Positions 27,171 through 42,669 are shown, numbered from the stretch's first letter. The stretch: 64,000 bases of DNA from the human T2T-CHM13v2.0 reference genome, Homo sapiens (GCF_009914755.1 NC_060928.1), one strand, 5' to 3'. Translations and numbers: made by a program. Notes: generated by a model from the sequence alone, not told the origin.

Positions 27171-27517
27171 CTAAGATGATGGTAATAATGATATGATGTA
27201 ACGGTGCAGCATTGTTGAATGCCCACTAGAGGTGCACATTCAAGAGGCTGATGGATGGATAATAGAATCCCCAAATATGTTTTGGGGATCTGAAGGTAGA
27301 GACGCTCTATTCTTGCTTCTGAGGTAGGTTAAAAAAATTGAGCAAAAGAGAGTGCAGGGAACAATCAGCAGTTCAGTTTAACTTGGAGGATAAAAATAAT
27401 AGATGAGTCTGGACAGATAAGCAGTGCTGCTAGGAATGCATTTCAGATTTGTTGATGGGCAGGGGGAAGAAAAAGGAGTCAAGAAAAGTAAGGTAGATCG
27501 TGGGTGGAGAGTGGTGC

Positions 27518-27919
27518 TGTGAAAAATTAGATAACATTCAGGAAATATTCACCCCCTCCACACATCCCTCCTCCCCCAGGCAATGTTGGCCTTAGCCCAT
27601 GGCTTGTCTTGGCCAATGGCATGTGGGCAAAACGACAGGGTGTGCTCATTTGAGTTAGGATTTCAGAGACCTCACGTGTATCCACTCATGCCTCTGGAAG
27701 CTTCTTACCTCCGTCAAAAGAAGAACATGCCTGAGGTAGCCACTGCCCCCTTCAATGTGGGTCTCAGAATTAAACTCATGAAACAGACCTGAAAGTAACC
27801 CACAACCTTGAAGGAGAAACTGCCTACTAAATCACAGACCCATTAAGTGAGAAATAAATGCATATTGTCATATGCCACTGAGACTTTGTGGTTATTTTTC
27901 ACCCAGAAAAACTAAAACA
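27518..27919 (+). mobile_element. MLT1 (G/H-like) LTR relic
   Basis: ttggccaatggcatgtgggc; aataaatgcatattgtcatatgccactgagactttgtggtt. Confidence 0.7.
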
Positions 27920-28234
27920 GGTATCATACACTAAGGGAATACAGAAAGACAAATACATTTGGTGTGTGGTTTTTTTTGGAGGGGGGTTGGTTATAATGGG
28001 ATCGAATGAGAATGAGCTCAATTCTGAGCATGCTGAATGTTGAGGTGCGCATGGACCTCAAATGGCATGAATGAAGGCCAAACCATCTGAATGTACTTGA
28101 CAATTAAAACTGCCAGAGGGAATGGAGTGTTAGGGGAGAGGGGCATATATGTTCATGATAGTTATATATTTTTGTTACATTGTCTCTTTATCAGTTTACT
28201 CTTCTCTTTTTGTTCCTCTTTGCCCCTTGTTTTA

Positions 28235-28260
28235 ACACACACACACACACACACACACAC
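28235..28260. repeat. (CA)n microsatellite
   Basis: Read directly from the sequence. Confidence 0.95.
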
Positions 28261-28639
28261 TTACACTTTGCTTTTTTGTCTGCAGTGCCGTGTAAATGGT
28301 GCTTTCCTTCCATTTCTCTGTGGCCCACCTACTCCTTTTCTCCCTGAGAATTCCCCCTGGTTAATCACACACAGAAACAAGCTGGGAGCCTGTGCCCCAT
28401 TTTACAAATAGAACTACACACTTCAGGGGAAAGTGTGGGCTTCTCAGTCATGCGGCTTTTCAGGCCTACCAGCTGAAGGGCTGGGGTTCCTCGATTGGAA
28501 TACAAGAGTCAGCCCTCCTGGATCCCTGTGCACTGCCCCAAAGTGTGATGGGAATCTGCCACTGCATCTCCTTCTAGATTCCCCTCCAGTAAATGCTTTT
28601 CAAGGCTGATGTGTGATTAAGTCATCCCACTCTTACTTG

Positions 28640-29872
28640 CTTGATACCCACTTTCCTGCTTTGCCTCCTACCTTACTGCCAACTCTATTTTAATCTTCTT
28701 TGCTAGATTTTAATTATTCACCTGATTTCTGAACACTAGAGTGTCCCAGGGTTCAATCTTCTCAATCTTTGGACTGCTCTGTCTATGTTTGCTCGCTTGA
28801 CGAACTCCTTTAATCACATGGCTTTAAACACTATCCATAATCTGATACCTCCAGTCTGGACCTGCTTCCTAAACTCAAGCCTCATCCACAAACTATCTAT
28901 TTTGACATCTCCACTTGGATGGCCAATAAACATCTCAAAGTTATGTACAAAACTTACTTCCTGATTGTCCTTGCCTAAACAAAACTGACTTCCTGATTGT
29001 CTGTCTTTGCCTAAACACGCACACAGTCTTCCCTATTTCAGGCAACCTTTTCAGTTGTTCAGATTAAAAATCTCGCAGTCATCGATGACTCCTCTTTTTC
29101 TTTTACAGGCAATCCATCAAACAAATCCTGTTTGCTCACCTTTCAAAATATGTCTGGAATACAACCCCTGCTACTCGACTGGTTCCACCCTGTTGTATGC
29201 CACCATCACTTCTTGCCTGAAATATAGTAATAACCTCTCCCCGGCTTTTCCCAGGCTTCCCATATCCTATTCTCAACACAGTAGCAGAGTGTTTCTTCTT
29301 GAAAAATGTCAGATTATACCACCCCACTGCTTAAAAACATGTAATAAGTTGTGGCTTTTTTTTTTTAACTCAGAGTAAAGCTAAAGTTACTATAATGGAT
29401 CACACACTGACTTCTTGTTATTCTTATGATCCCATCTCCCCTCAATTCCTGCCACACTAATTCCTTGCCCTTCTTTGGACATCCTGAACGTACTCCTCCT
29501 TAGGCAATTACATTTGATTTTCTTTTCTCTGGATTCTCTTTTCTTTAATAACTGCATGCCTTGTTATTTCACCTTTTTGAGTTTTTTGCACAAATGTCAC
29601 CTGTTCAGTGTCTGAGTCAAATTTTTACTCTCCACCCCTGCCCTGAAGCACTTCCTACCTTGATGGCTTGTCTTAGTTTTCTTCAAAGCATTTATTATCT
29701 TTTAATATACTAAATAATTTACTTAGTTTTCTCTCTATCCCACAACCATCTCATCTAAAATATAAACTTCACAAGGGGAGGAATTTTATAGTTTCGTTCA
29801 CTAATGTATCCATATTGCCTAGACATGGTTCTCAGTATGCACTAAAAAAAATTGTCAAATAAATGAATGAAT
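28640..29872 (+). mobile_element. L2 (L2a-like) relic with a small tandem duplication at 28949-29016
   Basis: catggctttaaac, gacatctccacttggatg...catctcaaa; ends aataaatgaatgaatg. Confidence 0.85.
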
Positions 29873-30630
29873 GGTTTCTCTGTAGCTCCAGCTTATATTA
29901 AACTTGAGAATTTAGGGACTTCTATTTTACTAGATAGAAAAAGGGACATCCTTACTCGCCACTCCAAATTGTGCTCTCCTTTTCTCTCCCAGGACATCTT
30001 CTGCTTTTTCTCTCCCTGCTCACTTTCCTCATCCTCCACCCTCGAGTGGCTGTAATCATCAGAAGAGGAATGCACTGTTGATTTAACAAGCTAGCAGGGA
30101 ACTTCTGAATATGTGGAAAGGACATCTGAGCACTAAGAATGAGAATGATAGAGCCTTGGAGTGCATGTGACAGAAAAGAGAAAATTATTAGTGTTGAGAA
30201 TGGTAAATTGCATATCTGAAAAAATGTCTCAAATATAGAATAAAAATTCATACCAAGTATTTTTTCTAGAAAAGAATATGGTTTCAGATATAACATTTTT
30301 CTTGTCAATTATAAACCTTGCCTATAAAAACTCACCTGTTTCAGGTAGTTGCTTAAATTCTTCTACTCTAAAGAATAGTGGGGAATAAAAAGACATGGAA
30401 ATGAATCGGCAAAAGTCATTTTAATAACAATGAGAAAAATGAAAAAGAAAAAGAATTTCATAGATTTAACATATTTCTGAAGGTCTGATCATTTGAGACA
30501 AATCATATTCAGGGTGAGATGACAGCCATTCTTCTTGGATTCTGAAGGTACAAACCTGCCTAGCAGTAAAGAACTGGGTCATCTAGCTCTTTAGGGTAGG
30601 CTCCAGTCCTGTGATTGTCTTATTATTCAT

Positions 30631-30677
30631 CCTGGGTGACAGAGCAAGATGCATCTCTAAAAATAAAATAAAACAAA
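30631..30677 (+). mobile_element. Alu extreme 3' fragment
   Basis: cctgggtgacagagcaaga...tctc followed by an A-rich tail. Confidence 0.7.
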
Positions 30678-31712
30678 TTAAGAATCTTCAGAGGTTTACT
30701 CCCTTCTTGTGTCCACAGCACCAAAATGGCATCTGTTTCCTAGAGGATTCATTGACAGGAGTTACAAACTACTGATTATGTGTACTGTGTTGCTATTATA
30801 ATTACAAAGCTATATATGTATGTGTACATTTCAGATTGCTGAGAATAAAAACAACACTTCCAACATTCCTAGTCCCCATTTTGCTTTAGAATCAGAGCCC
30901 TTGAAAATGTGGATTGTTCCCATATCTGCACATTAATCTCTCCCAGTTGATAGTACATAAGAAAGCGAAATATAAAGCTGAAATTATAAAATACAACATT
31001 TAAATAATTTTCTTTTAAGGGTGAGCTCTAAACCTGGCTCTTGATCTGGCTCTTGCCCACAATCTTAAATTCATTCTATAACTATGAACTCTGAAGGAGG
31101 CAGGGTCAGAAACAATACTTCTTGCCACTATTTTTTCCCCACCAATATTATATATGGTCAGCACAGGTAAAGTTATCATGAAACAAATAAAACATAAGCG
31201 TTAGGGCCTTCATTCGCATGGGAACCTTGAGCACTTGGAGATGCTGGGAACTGCAGAGTTCCAAGTGTGGAAGGGAAGCCAAATTGCAACCAGGATAATA
31301 CAAACTTTTCCTACAAACTGCCTAAAGGCATCTTAGAAGACACTAGGCTGAATTTTTAAGTTTCCAGTGATTCACTGTGATTTTTTTCTCATTCTAATTA
31401 TTCATTTCTTATATATGTATTTATGTTTTTAAAGAGGCAGCCCCTAATCCCAACAGATTATGCAAACTAAAGTCTGTGCCAAACCTGGAGCTGCCTCTGA
31501 TGGATGGTTCATTCTTATGAATGTTGTAGATGGTCCACTCAGAGTATAAAGAAAAAAAACTTATCCAGGATAATCAGAGTTCTTGTCCTTTATTTATGAA
31601 CACTAGTTCATAATTACCACAAGTATTTAAATGATTACTTTGGTATAATTTATGGATTTTAACATATTTTCCGCATCCTGATTTGGAAAAAATATTAACT
31701 TTAAGAAGTTTT

Positions 31713-32031
<319 letters not shown>

Positions 32032-33652
32032 CTACTACAGTTGGTATAACATTATACCTCCAAAAGAAACAACTTGTTCTTACTTGAAAAATGTGGTACG
32101 ACTGAAAAGCAGCAGAAAACCATTTTCAAGATTGTAGGCTTATTCATCCAGATACTGGATTCTGAAATCTTTATGATCTTATCATCATCAGAAAATATTT
32201 AGAGTCTAAATATTTCACTAAAACATTTAAAATGGTATATAATCACTATTTGTTTAAACATGTCACACCAGGATTGTTATTTATTAACTTATTAGTAAAA
32301 ATATTGTACATAAGTTTTGTGTTCCTAGTGATTTACGTTGTGTCTTCTGAACAAGCTTCTTGGTGGGTACTGTATGTTCCTTTAAAATTATTGCTCGCTG
32401 TAAAAGTGAGCACACGCACGCCAGGGTGTGCGTTAGGTAGCTTTTACAATGCTCTCTGGGTGTGCTAGGCCTCTGAGGCATGGAGCCAAATGTGAAGCTG
32501 CCATCATTCAACAGTATAAAATGCATACTGTGGTGTGTCATTGCAATTATTCCTTTTTATGACTTAGGGAAAAAAAAGCTCCACCTTCCCTTCAGTAATT
32601 TTAAACATTAACCTCTAGGTTTCAGAAGTACTCAAGATGGTTCAACTCTGTTTCCCATGAACAAGATGTAGTTCATTAATAACTAATTCCTCCTCACATG
32701 CCAACTTTACAACTATTACAAATCTTAACTTCAAAATGTACAAGAATTTGCAAGAAAAATGTGTAGAAGAAATTTTGAGAATATATATTTTCTTTTAAAC
32801 TGGCAAAACAGATCTGACGGGGGTATTTCCAAGAGGAAATATTTTCTATAAACTTCGACTTTACCTGTCATGTTTCCATGATTTATATATTAGCAACTTT
32901 TATTTATTAAAAATTTTTTAAGATGAATAAAATATTTTTATAAATTGTTTGACTCATTTTAAAATGAAAACCTTACTTGCCACAAACCTAGCACTTAATA
33001 ATTGAGGGATAATAAATGCAAATACATGAAAACATTAATATTAGCAATCAGCAGTTGGCTTAAGCTTTAAAGTTTACGTGACAACACTCACTCTCAGACC
33101 TTTTTCAATTCAAGTTACAGAAATATGTGCAACAAATTACATTTTAAATGAGAGGTAAAACCTGGAGTTGACATTATAACACAAAGACTTGGTGATATTG
33201 ATGGGATATCAGGCAGCGATTGTAGTGGATAAATCCAGATACAGACACTAAAACAATTTTACAGAAACTTTGCTATTCTGGGGGGAGTATTGATGGAGGG
33301 AAAACATGTTATATAAGGATGATATAACATTCTTAATAAATTCTATCATAAGGAATATAATTGGGCAAGAAAAAATTTTTTATACTATTTTTAGTTTTAA
33401 AGGCTACATTTAGTTCAATTTCCTTGTATAAGACAATCTGGTGGGTAGTTTTTAATAATCTCTTTGATAGAATCTTTACAAATAGTCATCTGGCCTTCCC
33501 ATGAACATGTATTATGAAAACAAATGAATAAATCTCATTCTTTTGTGTTGTATCCCTTTCTCCTGTTGAGCAACTAAGTCAGTCTTCACCACATGCTGAA
33601 ACGTACTCTTCTATAATTTGTGCCTATCAGCCTTTTCTTCTGTTCTGTAAAA

Positions 33653-33992
33653 CAGTGGTCCTCAACCTTTTTTGCATTAGGGACCAGTTTCATGGAAGAC
33701 AATTTTTCCAGGGCCAGAGATGGGAGACAGGGTGGTGGGTGAAACTTCCATCTCAAATCATCAGGCATTAGTTAGATTCTCATAAGGAATGTGCAACCTA
33801 GATCCTTTGCGAGCGCAGGTCACAATAGGGCTTGCGCTCCTATCATAATCTAATGCTGCTGCTGATCTGACAGGAGGCGGAGCTCAGGTGGTAATGCTCA
33901 CTTGCCCGTGGCTCACCTCCTTCTGTGCAGTCCAGTTCCTAACAGGCCACGGACCAGTACTGGTCCGTGGCCCCAGAGGTTGGGGACCCCTG
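33653..33992 (+). mobile_element. MER1B (hAT-Charlie DNA transposon)
   Basis: TIRs cagtggtcctcaacc / ggttggggacccctg; 8-bp TSD ctgtaaaa and ctataaaa. Confidence 0.92.
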
Positions 33993-34004
33993 CTATAAAA
34001 CAAT

Positions 34005-34580
34005 ACAGAGTCCACCCTTCCAAGGGTTTGAAGACACCTAACAAACATCTCTACATTCTTCCTTGCCCAATCTTCTCTTTCCTAGACATACAAATCCCCA
34101 TATGCTGAATAATTTCTCATGTGACATCGTTTCTAGATTCTGTACTATATTCTTTATGTGTCTTTTAAATTATTTCCTTGTTAAAGTGGAGCAGCCATAA
34201 TTCTGCATGGCACAATGAAGTTTTACTTTTGTTGACTTTATTGACCTAAATAATATGCTATTAATGTAGTCAACATTTACATTGGCTTTCTTAAGATATT
34301 AATTACAGTGTTGACTTAAATTGATCTTTCTGTCAGATAAAATGATCAGGGCATTTTTAAGAAACATTTTGTATTGTTAAGTTAGATCTTCTTAATCTTA
34401 TTAATGTGTAATTGATTATTTCAAACTTCATTGTAGGACTACATTTAAGCCAGTTTTGTTGCATCTATTTATTTCATCCCTTTATTGCAGCCTATAAAAT
34501 TTTTGATTTAGTGATCAACTGATTAGCCAGACCACATAGATTGATGTCTCTTGCAAATGTGATAGGCCTGTCTTTCATGT
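34005..34580 (-). mobile_element. L3/CR1 LINE relic
   Basis: tcttctctttcctag, tattaatgtagtcaac..attggcttt, tgttgacttaaattga and tgtctcttgcaaatgtgatag resemble antisense L3. Confidence 0.55.
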
Positions 34581-34609
34581 GATCAGATGTGTGCATGTAT
34601 TCAACATGT

Positions 34610-34800
34610 ACTATAGAAACACACCGACTTGCATTTTAATTCTTTGTTGGCCACTTAACTGTCTATGACTTCTGAGAAATCACTTAACTTCTTTGAACTT
34701 CCATAAAATGGGAAAAGTAATGCTTACTTTATGAAGTTATAGTGAGATTTAGATGAGATGTTGTATGTAAAATGCTGAGGACAGTGTTTGGTTTATACAT
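34610..34800 (+). mobile_element. MIR relic
   Basis: tcacttaacttctttgaac...ataaaatggg...gtgagatttagatgagat. Confidence 0.7.
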
Positions 34801-34809
34801 TTGTATTAA

Positions 34810-34853
34810 ATATATACACACACATATGTACACACATATATATACATATATAC

Positions 34854-34886
<33 letters not shown>

Positions 34887-34888
34887 TT
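34810..34888. repeat. Compound (TA)/(CA)/(GA) microsatellite
   Basis: Read directly from the sequence. Confidence 0.9.
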
Positions 34889-35584
34889 TATACATATAAT
34901 TATCTCCTGTAGCAGTGGAGTGGAGATAGAAACCAGAGTAGTAATAGTTGAAGAAGCAAATATGTTTATCTACAGAACAGAATTTGGAAACACTTGGAAA
35001 TGAAGGCAGAGGGTATTGACTAATATTGACTAATTGTTGACACATGTTAAAGTTCATGAGCAGCTATTTTGTTTCTATGGAATGAGCAATTAAAACTAAC
35101 TACTGGATTCTGAGTTTAACGACAAAATAGAAACTATATTTGAAGTTGATTACTCAGAGTCTACCTTTCTGTTATTGAGAAGTGAGGCTGGTGGTCACAC
35201 AGGCTTGCTAACCACACTGAACACACCTGAGCAAAGGGAGGCACCCAGTACGGGAAAAAGTATTTTTTTCAGAACTTATGTGCCTATAGCCAACACATTT
35301 ACAACCTTTATTTGCTGTCAGTGAGAATGAAGTTGGAATCGTATCTCTTTTGTCTCTTTTAACTTTAACATAACTACCTAACGCTATTGAGGGTGGGGTG
35401 AAGGTTTGAGCACACAGCATGATTTTCATGCTATGCAGAATCTCAGAATCCACTGGGACTTAGACATCATGATCCAGAAAGCCTGGCATCGACAAGAAGA
35501 AAAGATCTTCATCAATGCTAAATTAATTAGCATTGAAAGTTAAAGCTTTCAATGATGAAAGTTAAAGCTCCATCTTCTGCCTAG

Positions 35585-35680
35585 GGAGAAGCTTGTTCAA
35601 GGTCATATAGCTGGCAAGTGATCACCCAGGATTTGAACTCTGGAAATCTCACTTTGGAACTTATTCTTTTAACTACTAAA
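35585..35680 (-). mobile_element. MIR relic
   Basis: cttgttcaaggtcatatagctggcaagtga...ggatttgaactc. Confidence 0.7.
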
Positions 35681-35929
35681 ATAAACTAATTTTTATGTTA
35701 GATTATCCTGGTTTTTTGAGGGTAATCAATCTTTGATAACACCCTAGATCTTTTGGGGAATAGTAAAAGGAATACATTAATAAATAAGTATTGCTAAGGT
35801 AAGAAAACTGAAATAAGGTGGAGCAAGTAACATGTTTGTTTCATGTGAACATAGCTGAGGAAAAAATCATTTGGAAATATTGCAGTATAAAGCTTGTAGT
35901 GAAACATCTGACATCCATTGTTCCTTTGC

Positions 35930-36486
35930 CCACAATTGCTTCTTCCATTCGGAGGTGAAGGGAAACTGGCACTCATCATTTAGTCTCCCCCACCCCCACC
36001 ACCAGAAACCTATGTTTCCAATAGGAATTGCCATCACAACTCCTCTCTGGCTTTAACTATTGGTTTAGCCAATAGTTGGATCAATTGTGACAGTTAAATG
36101 TCTTTAAACAATTATTTATCTCAGAGATGGGCACATAACAGAAGCTTGGCCAAATCTAGATTTTTCTCTACTCTAGAAAAATAGAGTAGTAAGTATTGCT
36201 TGGAGTTCCCTCTTCTCCCAGAAGGAAGCATTCAAGAATATGAGCTTTAAAGTTGTTTGTAGCTATGCCCCACTTATGAGAAGAAAATTAGTCTCAGAGA
36301 GTGAAGCCAATGTGTGAAAAGATGCAAAGACCAAAATGAAAAGAGTCATTATGACATTCAGATCCTCAGTTCCAGATGTTCCTGCCCTTTACAGTTTGCC
36401 TCCATAGGCCAGCAATTTCCCTTTTTGCCTAAGCTGTTTGAGTTTAATTTTTATCTCTTACAGTTGAATCAGTCTTACTACAAATA
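35930..36486 (+). mobile_element. MLT1 (J-like) LTR relic
   Basis: gatgggcacataac...ggccaaatc; ttccctttttgcctaagct...tttgagtt. Confidence 0.55.
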
Positions 36487-36899
36487 TCAGTAGAGTAAGA
36501 TAGTCATATTCTTGGGCTAATCTAGGGCCTTGTGGTGTACTAAATGTCAGTAGAAAGCTGCCTTCATGGATAAAATTGCCTTCACTCCTCTTCAAACTTA
36601 TTTTTCTTGAGTTGCACTTTAATGACAAGCTCTTATATTTAATCAAATGTCTAAAGCAATGTACAACTTTCAAAGATGGATAAAGCATTCACAAGACTGA
36701 GATAGCTGAGGACACTGTATACTCCATCCCTCAGTGCCCCCAGTATAAAGCTCCACATGAGAAATCTTTTTCTAAAACGTAGACTAGAGCTTTGCTTCCC
36801 TTAAAAGGAAATGCCGTATTTTCTACTTGTGGAAAAAGAGAATCATATTAATAAAATCATATTAATTAAAGTGGGACAAAGCAGGTCATTTTAGGAGAC

Positions 36900-37130
36900 T
36901 TTATAACATAGAGGAAGAACATTGATTTGGAGACAGAAGAACTGAATTTGAGTCCATGCTACACATTTCATAGCTGGTTGGTCTCTGACAAATTACTTGT
37001 TCTCTCTAGACCTCAGTTTTCTCTTTTGTATAATAGAAATAATAATGTTAGCCTTACTTCTATTATAACATTATTGTAAAAATTAAATAGGAATGTGATA
37101 TAAAATACTTTATAAACTATAAGGCTTTGT
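36900..37130 (+). mobile_element. MIR relic
   Basis: tttggagacagaagaactgaatttgagtcc...cctcagttttctcttttgtataatag. Confidence 0.75.
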
Positions 37131-39504
37131 ATCTACTTCAGTTATATTGTCTTTCAATCAAATTAGAATTTTCTCTTATATACAGGATGATTTCTTTGAG
37201 GAGGAAACCTTTTTATTCTTCACAAGAAATTTATACTGCTTAATAATAATATTATCCTATTTTCATCTTTAAAGAACTTAAATTAAATTATTCTTTACCA
37301 GAATCATAAGTCATAGTTCCATTTTACATTGGAGGCAAATAAAAGTTTAAGGCAAGAAAAGGACAAGAACGTTAAGGACTACAGAGGAAAATAAGGCTTT
37401 ATGCAAGTGAAAACCTGAATTCTGGGCTTCTCTGTCTTTACTGTAAGGCAAAAAACACATCACTGCTTTGACAACTCACTCTCTTCTTTTCTGCTATTTC
37501 TCCAAATCTCTACCTTGAACCCACACTAAAATGTAAGGACTGAAATAAAGAAAAGGAAGTCAAACCTGTTGTTCAATGAAGATCAATGTTTAGTGTGAGA
37601 GATATTAGTTGGAAACAACATCACTGATTTAGACCCCGAGGCACATTCATGTGCATGCATCTACTGCTATCTGTGGGATAGTGGGGATGCAGAATTTAGT
37701 TTGTTCTTCCTTAACTGTGTGTTGCTCAGTTTTCGTGCCAGCGTTGTCTGAACATTGCTAAAACAGCACAAAAGCTCACAGAGGTGTCAAACAGCAGGGA
37801 TGAGGGGCTGAGTTTTCCCTCATCCGTGAAGGATTCAATTAAAGAACAAAGAAAACTTAGATTTTAAGATCACCAGTCCAAGTTGTTCAAGAACTCTCAT
37901 ATATATTTCAAAATCTATCTCCTTATATTTCTTCTTTATTCAAATAAAATGTGATTAATATGGTGTTTTTGTGCTTTTAAGTGCACAATTATAAAAGCAT
38001 GTAGCTATTTCTTACATTTTGTAACCATGTGTGCTTCTGTTTAATCCTGTCCTTATGGGAACTATTCTGAGATTAAACAACCAGCATCAGGAAAATTTTA
38101 AAGAGACTCCTCCAGTGTTTAACCATCATTTCAATCTCCTTAATGTTAAATGTTCTATGCTTTTTCTCTTTCTTTCTAATAGTGATTTCATCTATGTTCA
38201 GGCACCAAGAGAGCTAAGAAGGAAGGGAGAGTAGGAACAAAGCACACCCTCTGTCAAGAGCTCTTTCATTGTGGGTTAGATTAGGAATGACTTCTTATGT
38301 AAAGTGCACACTGTAAACTAATCTTTGTTTCTGCAATTTAGATAAGATTATTTCAATAGACGTCAGTTTCAGTATTGGATTTTCTCTCTTTCTTGTACTG
38401 ATGTTCTTTCTGGCCAATGATCTATGTGACTGTCATTTGACATAAAGTTACCATATCTGAATTACATCTTGTGCTTTCATGCCAGGAGGAAAACATTATT
38501 TGTGTTTATATCAGGAGATGAACTTTAAAGGTGGGTCTGTTGACTTTTCTGAACATCAACAAACTGAGTGCAGCAATATTCTTTGAGTTGGTTAATAAAA
38601 TCCTAACTGAACACATGTGATGTGTGCAAGCTGTCTTTAAAGATATATATATATATATATGAGTTAATTTCATATTAATTTCTATTTTTTCTTAAATTTA
38701 TATCAACTTTAAACAATATAATTTACTGGACTGTCATTATATGTCAGTGTAGTGTAACTCAGTATGTAAGTAGCTACAAAGATAAATTCCATTTCAATTG
38801 AAAGGAAATGTCAAAAATAATGTCTCTTTACATTATGTAAAGGTTACTTCATCTACTATTCATTCATCACATATAGTATACCTGAAAAAGGAAGCATGCA
38901 TATCATTAAATACATATTTATAAAAATTAAGCTAAAAGAAAACTTTTTAAACCAAAAACTAGTAACAAAAACAGGTTTTGCTTGTGACCTCAACTGGGCA
39001 ATGAAGCCCAATAAAAAATACTACCTCTTAATAGAACTAAATGTCTACTATAGATTTCAGGAGCGAAGCACTTTGATCCTTTGTAGGTTTTAATTATGCA
39101 GACAAAAATGACCAGAATGTAGTAGGTGTTCATTAAAACCCAAATCTTAAGATTAAAGATGGAGGCTACAAATACTCCTAGGCAGAAGATCTGGTTCTAA
39201 AAGACATGTAAAATGTAGGCAAAACATAAATCAAACTGAAAATGGAGTATCATTCGAGTTGTAAACAACCTACAATTTAGAGTTTAAAATGATATGCTAC
39301 AATAGTTGCTTATGCTTTCTCTAATATTACATTGTATGTATGGGGTGTTTAGGAATGCACATAATTCTTTTCATCTAACATTAGAAAAGTGTAAACATTA
39401 GAAAAGTGCCATTCCAAAATTATATTTTCATGTACAGATCTTCTAAAAATTATGTTTTAAAAGTTATAATTAGATAATGACTTGGTTACATTAAAAGAAG
39501 CTTT

Positions 39505-39881
<377 letters not shown>

Positions 39882-39999
39882 CTACTTGTTTTCACAATCA
39901 CATCTCAATTTTTCAGGGATCGTCCATTATCCCCTCTTCCCTCAAATTACAAATCTAAAAAACTGAACAAACAGACAAAAAAGCTTTCCACATTCTTGT

Positions 40000-40850
40000 T
40001 CTCCTATATATACTACCCTGGTTTTCAATTTTTGTCCAGATCTAAATTTCTTTTAAATGGTCTCTACTCTTTAACTTTCTTCCACCTCTAACTCACTTCT
40101 CAACTCAGTGTAATTTGACTTTCACCCTATCACTGCACTGAAAGTTCACTGTAAGGACAAGTTAACCTCCTAAGTGACAGAGCTAATGGACACTGTTTAA
40201 TCCTGAAACACTGACCTCCTGACTGCTGTTGCAACTCTTTCTTTGTAGGTTTTCATTTCACCAACACCTTTTCCTTGATTTTCTTCATTCTCTGTGGCAA
40301 CTTTTCCTCATTCCTCTGTCAGTCTTCTCACATAATTCATTCTACGTGGGTAATCCCATTTATATCAGTGACTTTACAATTCATATGCTGATCACTCTCA
40401 CTTCCATAACTCCACACTAACCTTTCTCCTGGGCTTCAGGCTTATATTTCATAATACTCTCAAGATTTCTTCATGTGGATATTACAGACTTCCCTAACTT
40501 AACTCATCCAAAGTCATTTTTTGTCCTCAGCTCCCCTCAATGCCTTGTTTACTTTTATCCCTGTACAAGATTAGTGAGTTGCATCTTTACAATGTTCTAA
40601 ACTGGAAAATTGTGAGAGATCCTTGATTCTTTTCTCTCCCTCAAACTTAATATTCATTAGATCACTAAAACCCTATTAATTTTATCACAAATATAGAGTC
40701 TTTGCCTAGCCCCATTGTCAATGTCGCAGCCTGTACTGTTATTTATTCACTAGTTGCAGAAAAAATTGCTATAGCTACAGACTTGGTCTGTTTCTTGAAT
40801 TATTTCATGCTCCCGTCTCCACACTAAGGACACAGTTATTTTCTAGAAAA
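40000..40850 (+). mobile_element. Old L2 relic
   Basis: Pyrimidine-rich L2-like motifs (ctaatggacac, cctttctcctgggcttcag, atccttgattcttttctctccctc). Confidence 0.6.
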
Positions 40851-40860
40851 ACAAAAGGAG

Positions 40861-41175
<315 letters not shown>

Positions 41176-41429
41176 CGGTGGACAGACCTCAGTTTCAGAC
41201 ACCATGCCATCAAACAAGCTTAAACCATTGTTGATATGCTCTTGCCTGCAGGAGGACATTCAGTGCCTTTGCCTCTCACATAAATACTTTACAATCAATC
41301 AGATCCCTGCCCATTTCTCTAGCCTCATTTTCCATCTCTCTCCCTTTCCAACCGTATTCTTTTACCATTCCAAAATATCTTCCATTCTCTAAATGACCAC
41401 AGGCAGCTCTAGATTTATATTCGTCATAA

Positions 41430-41700
41430 GGTGCAACCCCAGAGAAAAGAAAGTCCCTCTTTTTCATTATTTCCCCAGCAGGGCCCTGGGGAGCTTCTGA
41501 GTGGCTCTGCGTGGGTGACTTGACTGTTGAACCAATCTCTGTGGCCAAGGAAATGCACTACTCTGATTACATAGACTAGGTCATGTGTCCACCTTTGTGG
41601 GGAGAAGTCTGCTCCACCTAAGTTTCATAGATTAGCTCTTCCATAATAAAGAGGAGTCCTGTTACCAGAAGCAGGGGAAGAAAACAGTCGAAAAGGAGCT
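41430..41700 (-). mobile_element. MLT1 LTR fragment
   Basis: tgaaccaatctctgtggccaagg...tctgatt...ctaggtcatgtgtccacc. Confidence 0.55.
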
Positions 41701-42357
41701 GCTGCAAAGAAAGGGGAAGAATAGGGTGTCCCCAACGTGTACTTTCAGGAAGCACATGATAGTTTCTCAGCATCACACCTCCAGTCACCTCTCCACCTCA
41801 TGTAAGTGGGCATTCAACTAAGAATAGGGAGCAAATTCCAATCTTAGCAAATTATCTTCTTTATCAAAATTAGCGTCCCTACCTAAGGACTATTGTGGTG
41901 ACTGAGACTATATTGCATAGTTCTGTCTCGATTTTCAGATGTTTTATTTCAGTCTAATTGTTCCATGCTTTAGGTGGAAATGAGTGCACTTCAGAGTCAG
42001 GTAGAATTTGTTCACAATCAGGTTTGAGCTTCACGTTTACTTTTCCTACTCATCTCCAACTTTCTACCTGCTTCTTCACTATTGCCTCTGATTCCAGTGC
42101 CTCAAACAAAAAAATAAGCAAAAGTCTATATCAGGTTGCAGATTCAGATTCAACAAATATTATTGAGTGCTTACCATGTACCATGTGCAAAAATCCCAAA
42201 AATATGAATTGCGTATTAGTGTTGAAACACAAATGTTGTCCAGGTGATATGCCAGCTAATAAGAAGCCAGAAAAACGAAGATTTCTGAGATGTGTGCTGG
42301 TGGCTCAGAAGTGACAAAATAGATGTTCATGATATTCAGATAAATAAAATACATTTG

Positions 42358-42669
<312 letters not shown>

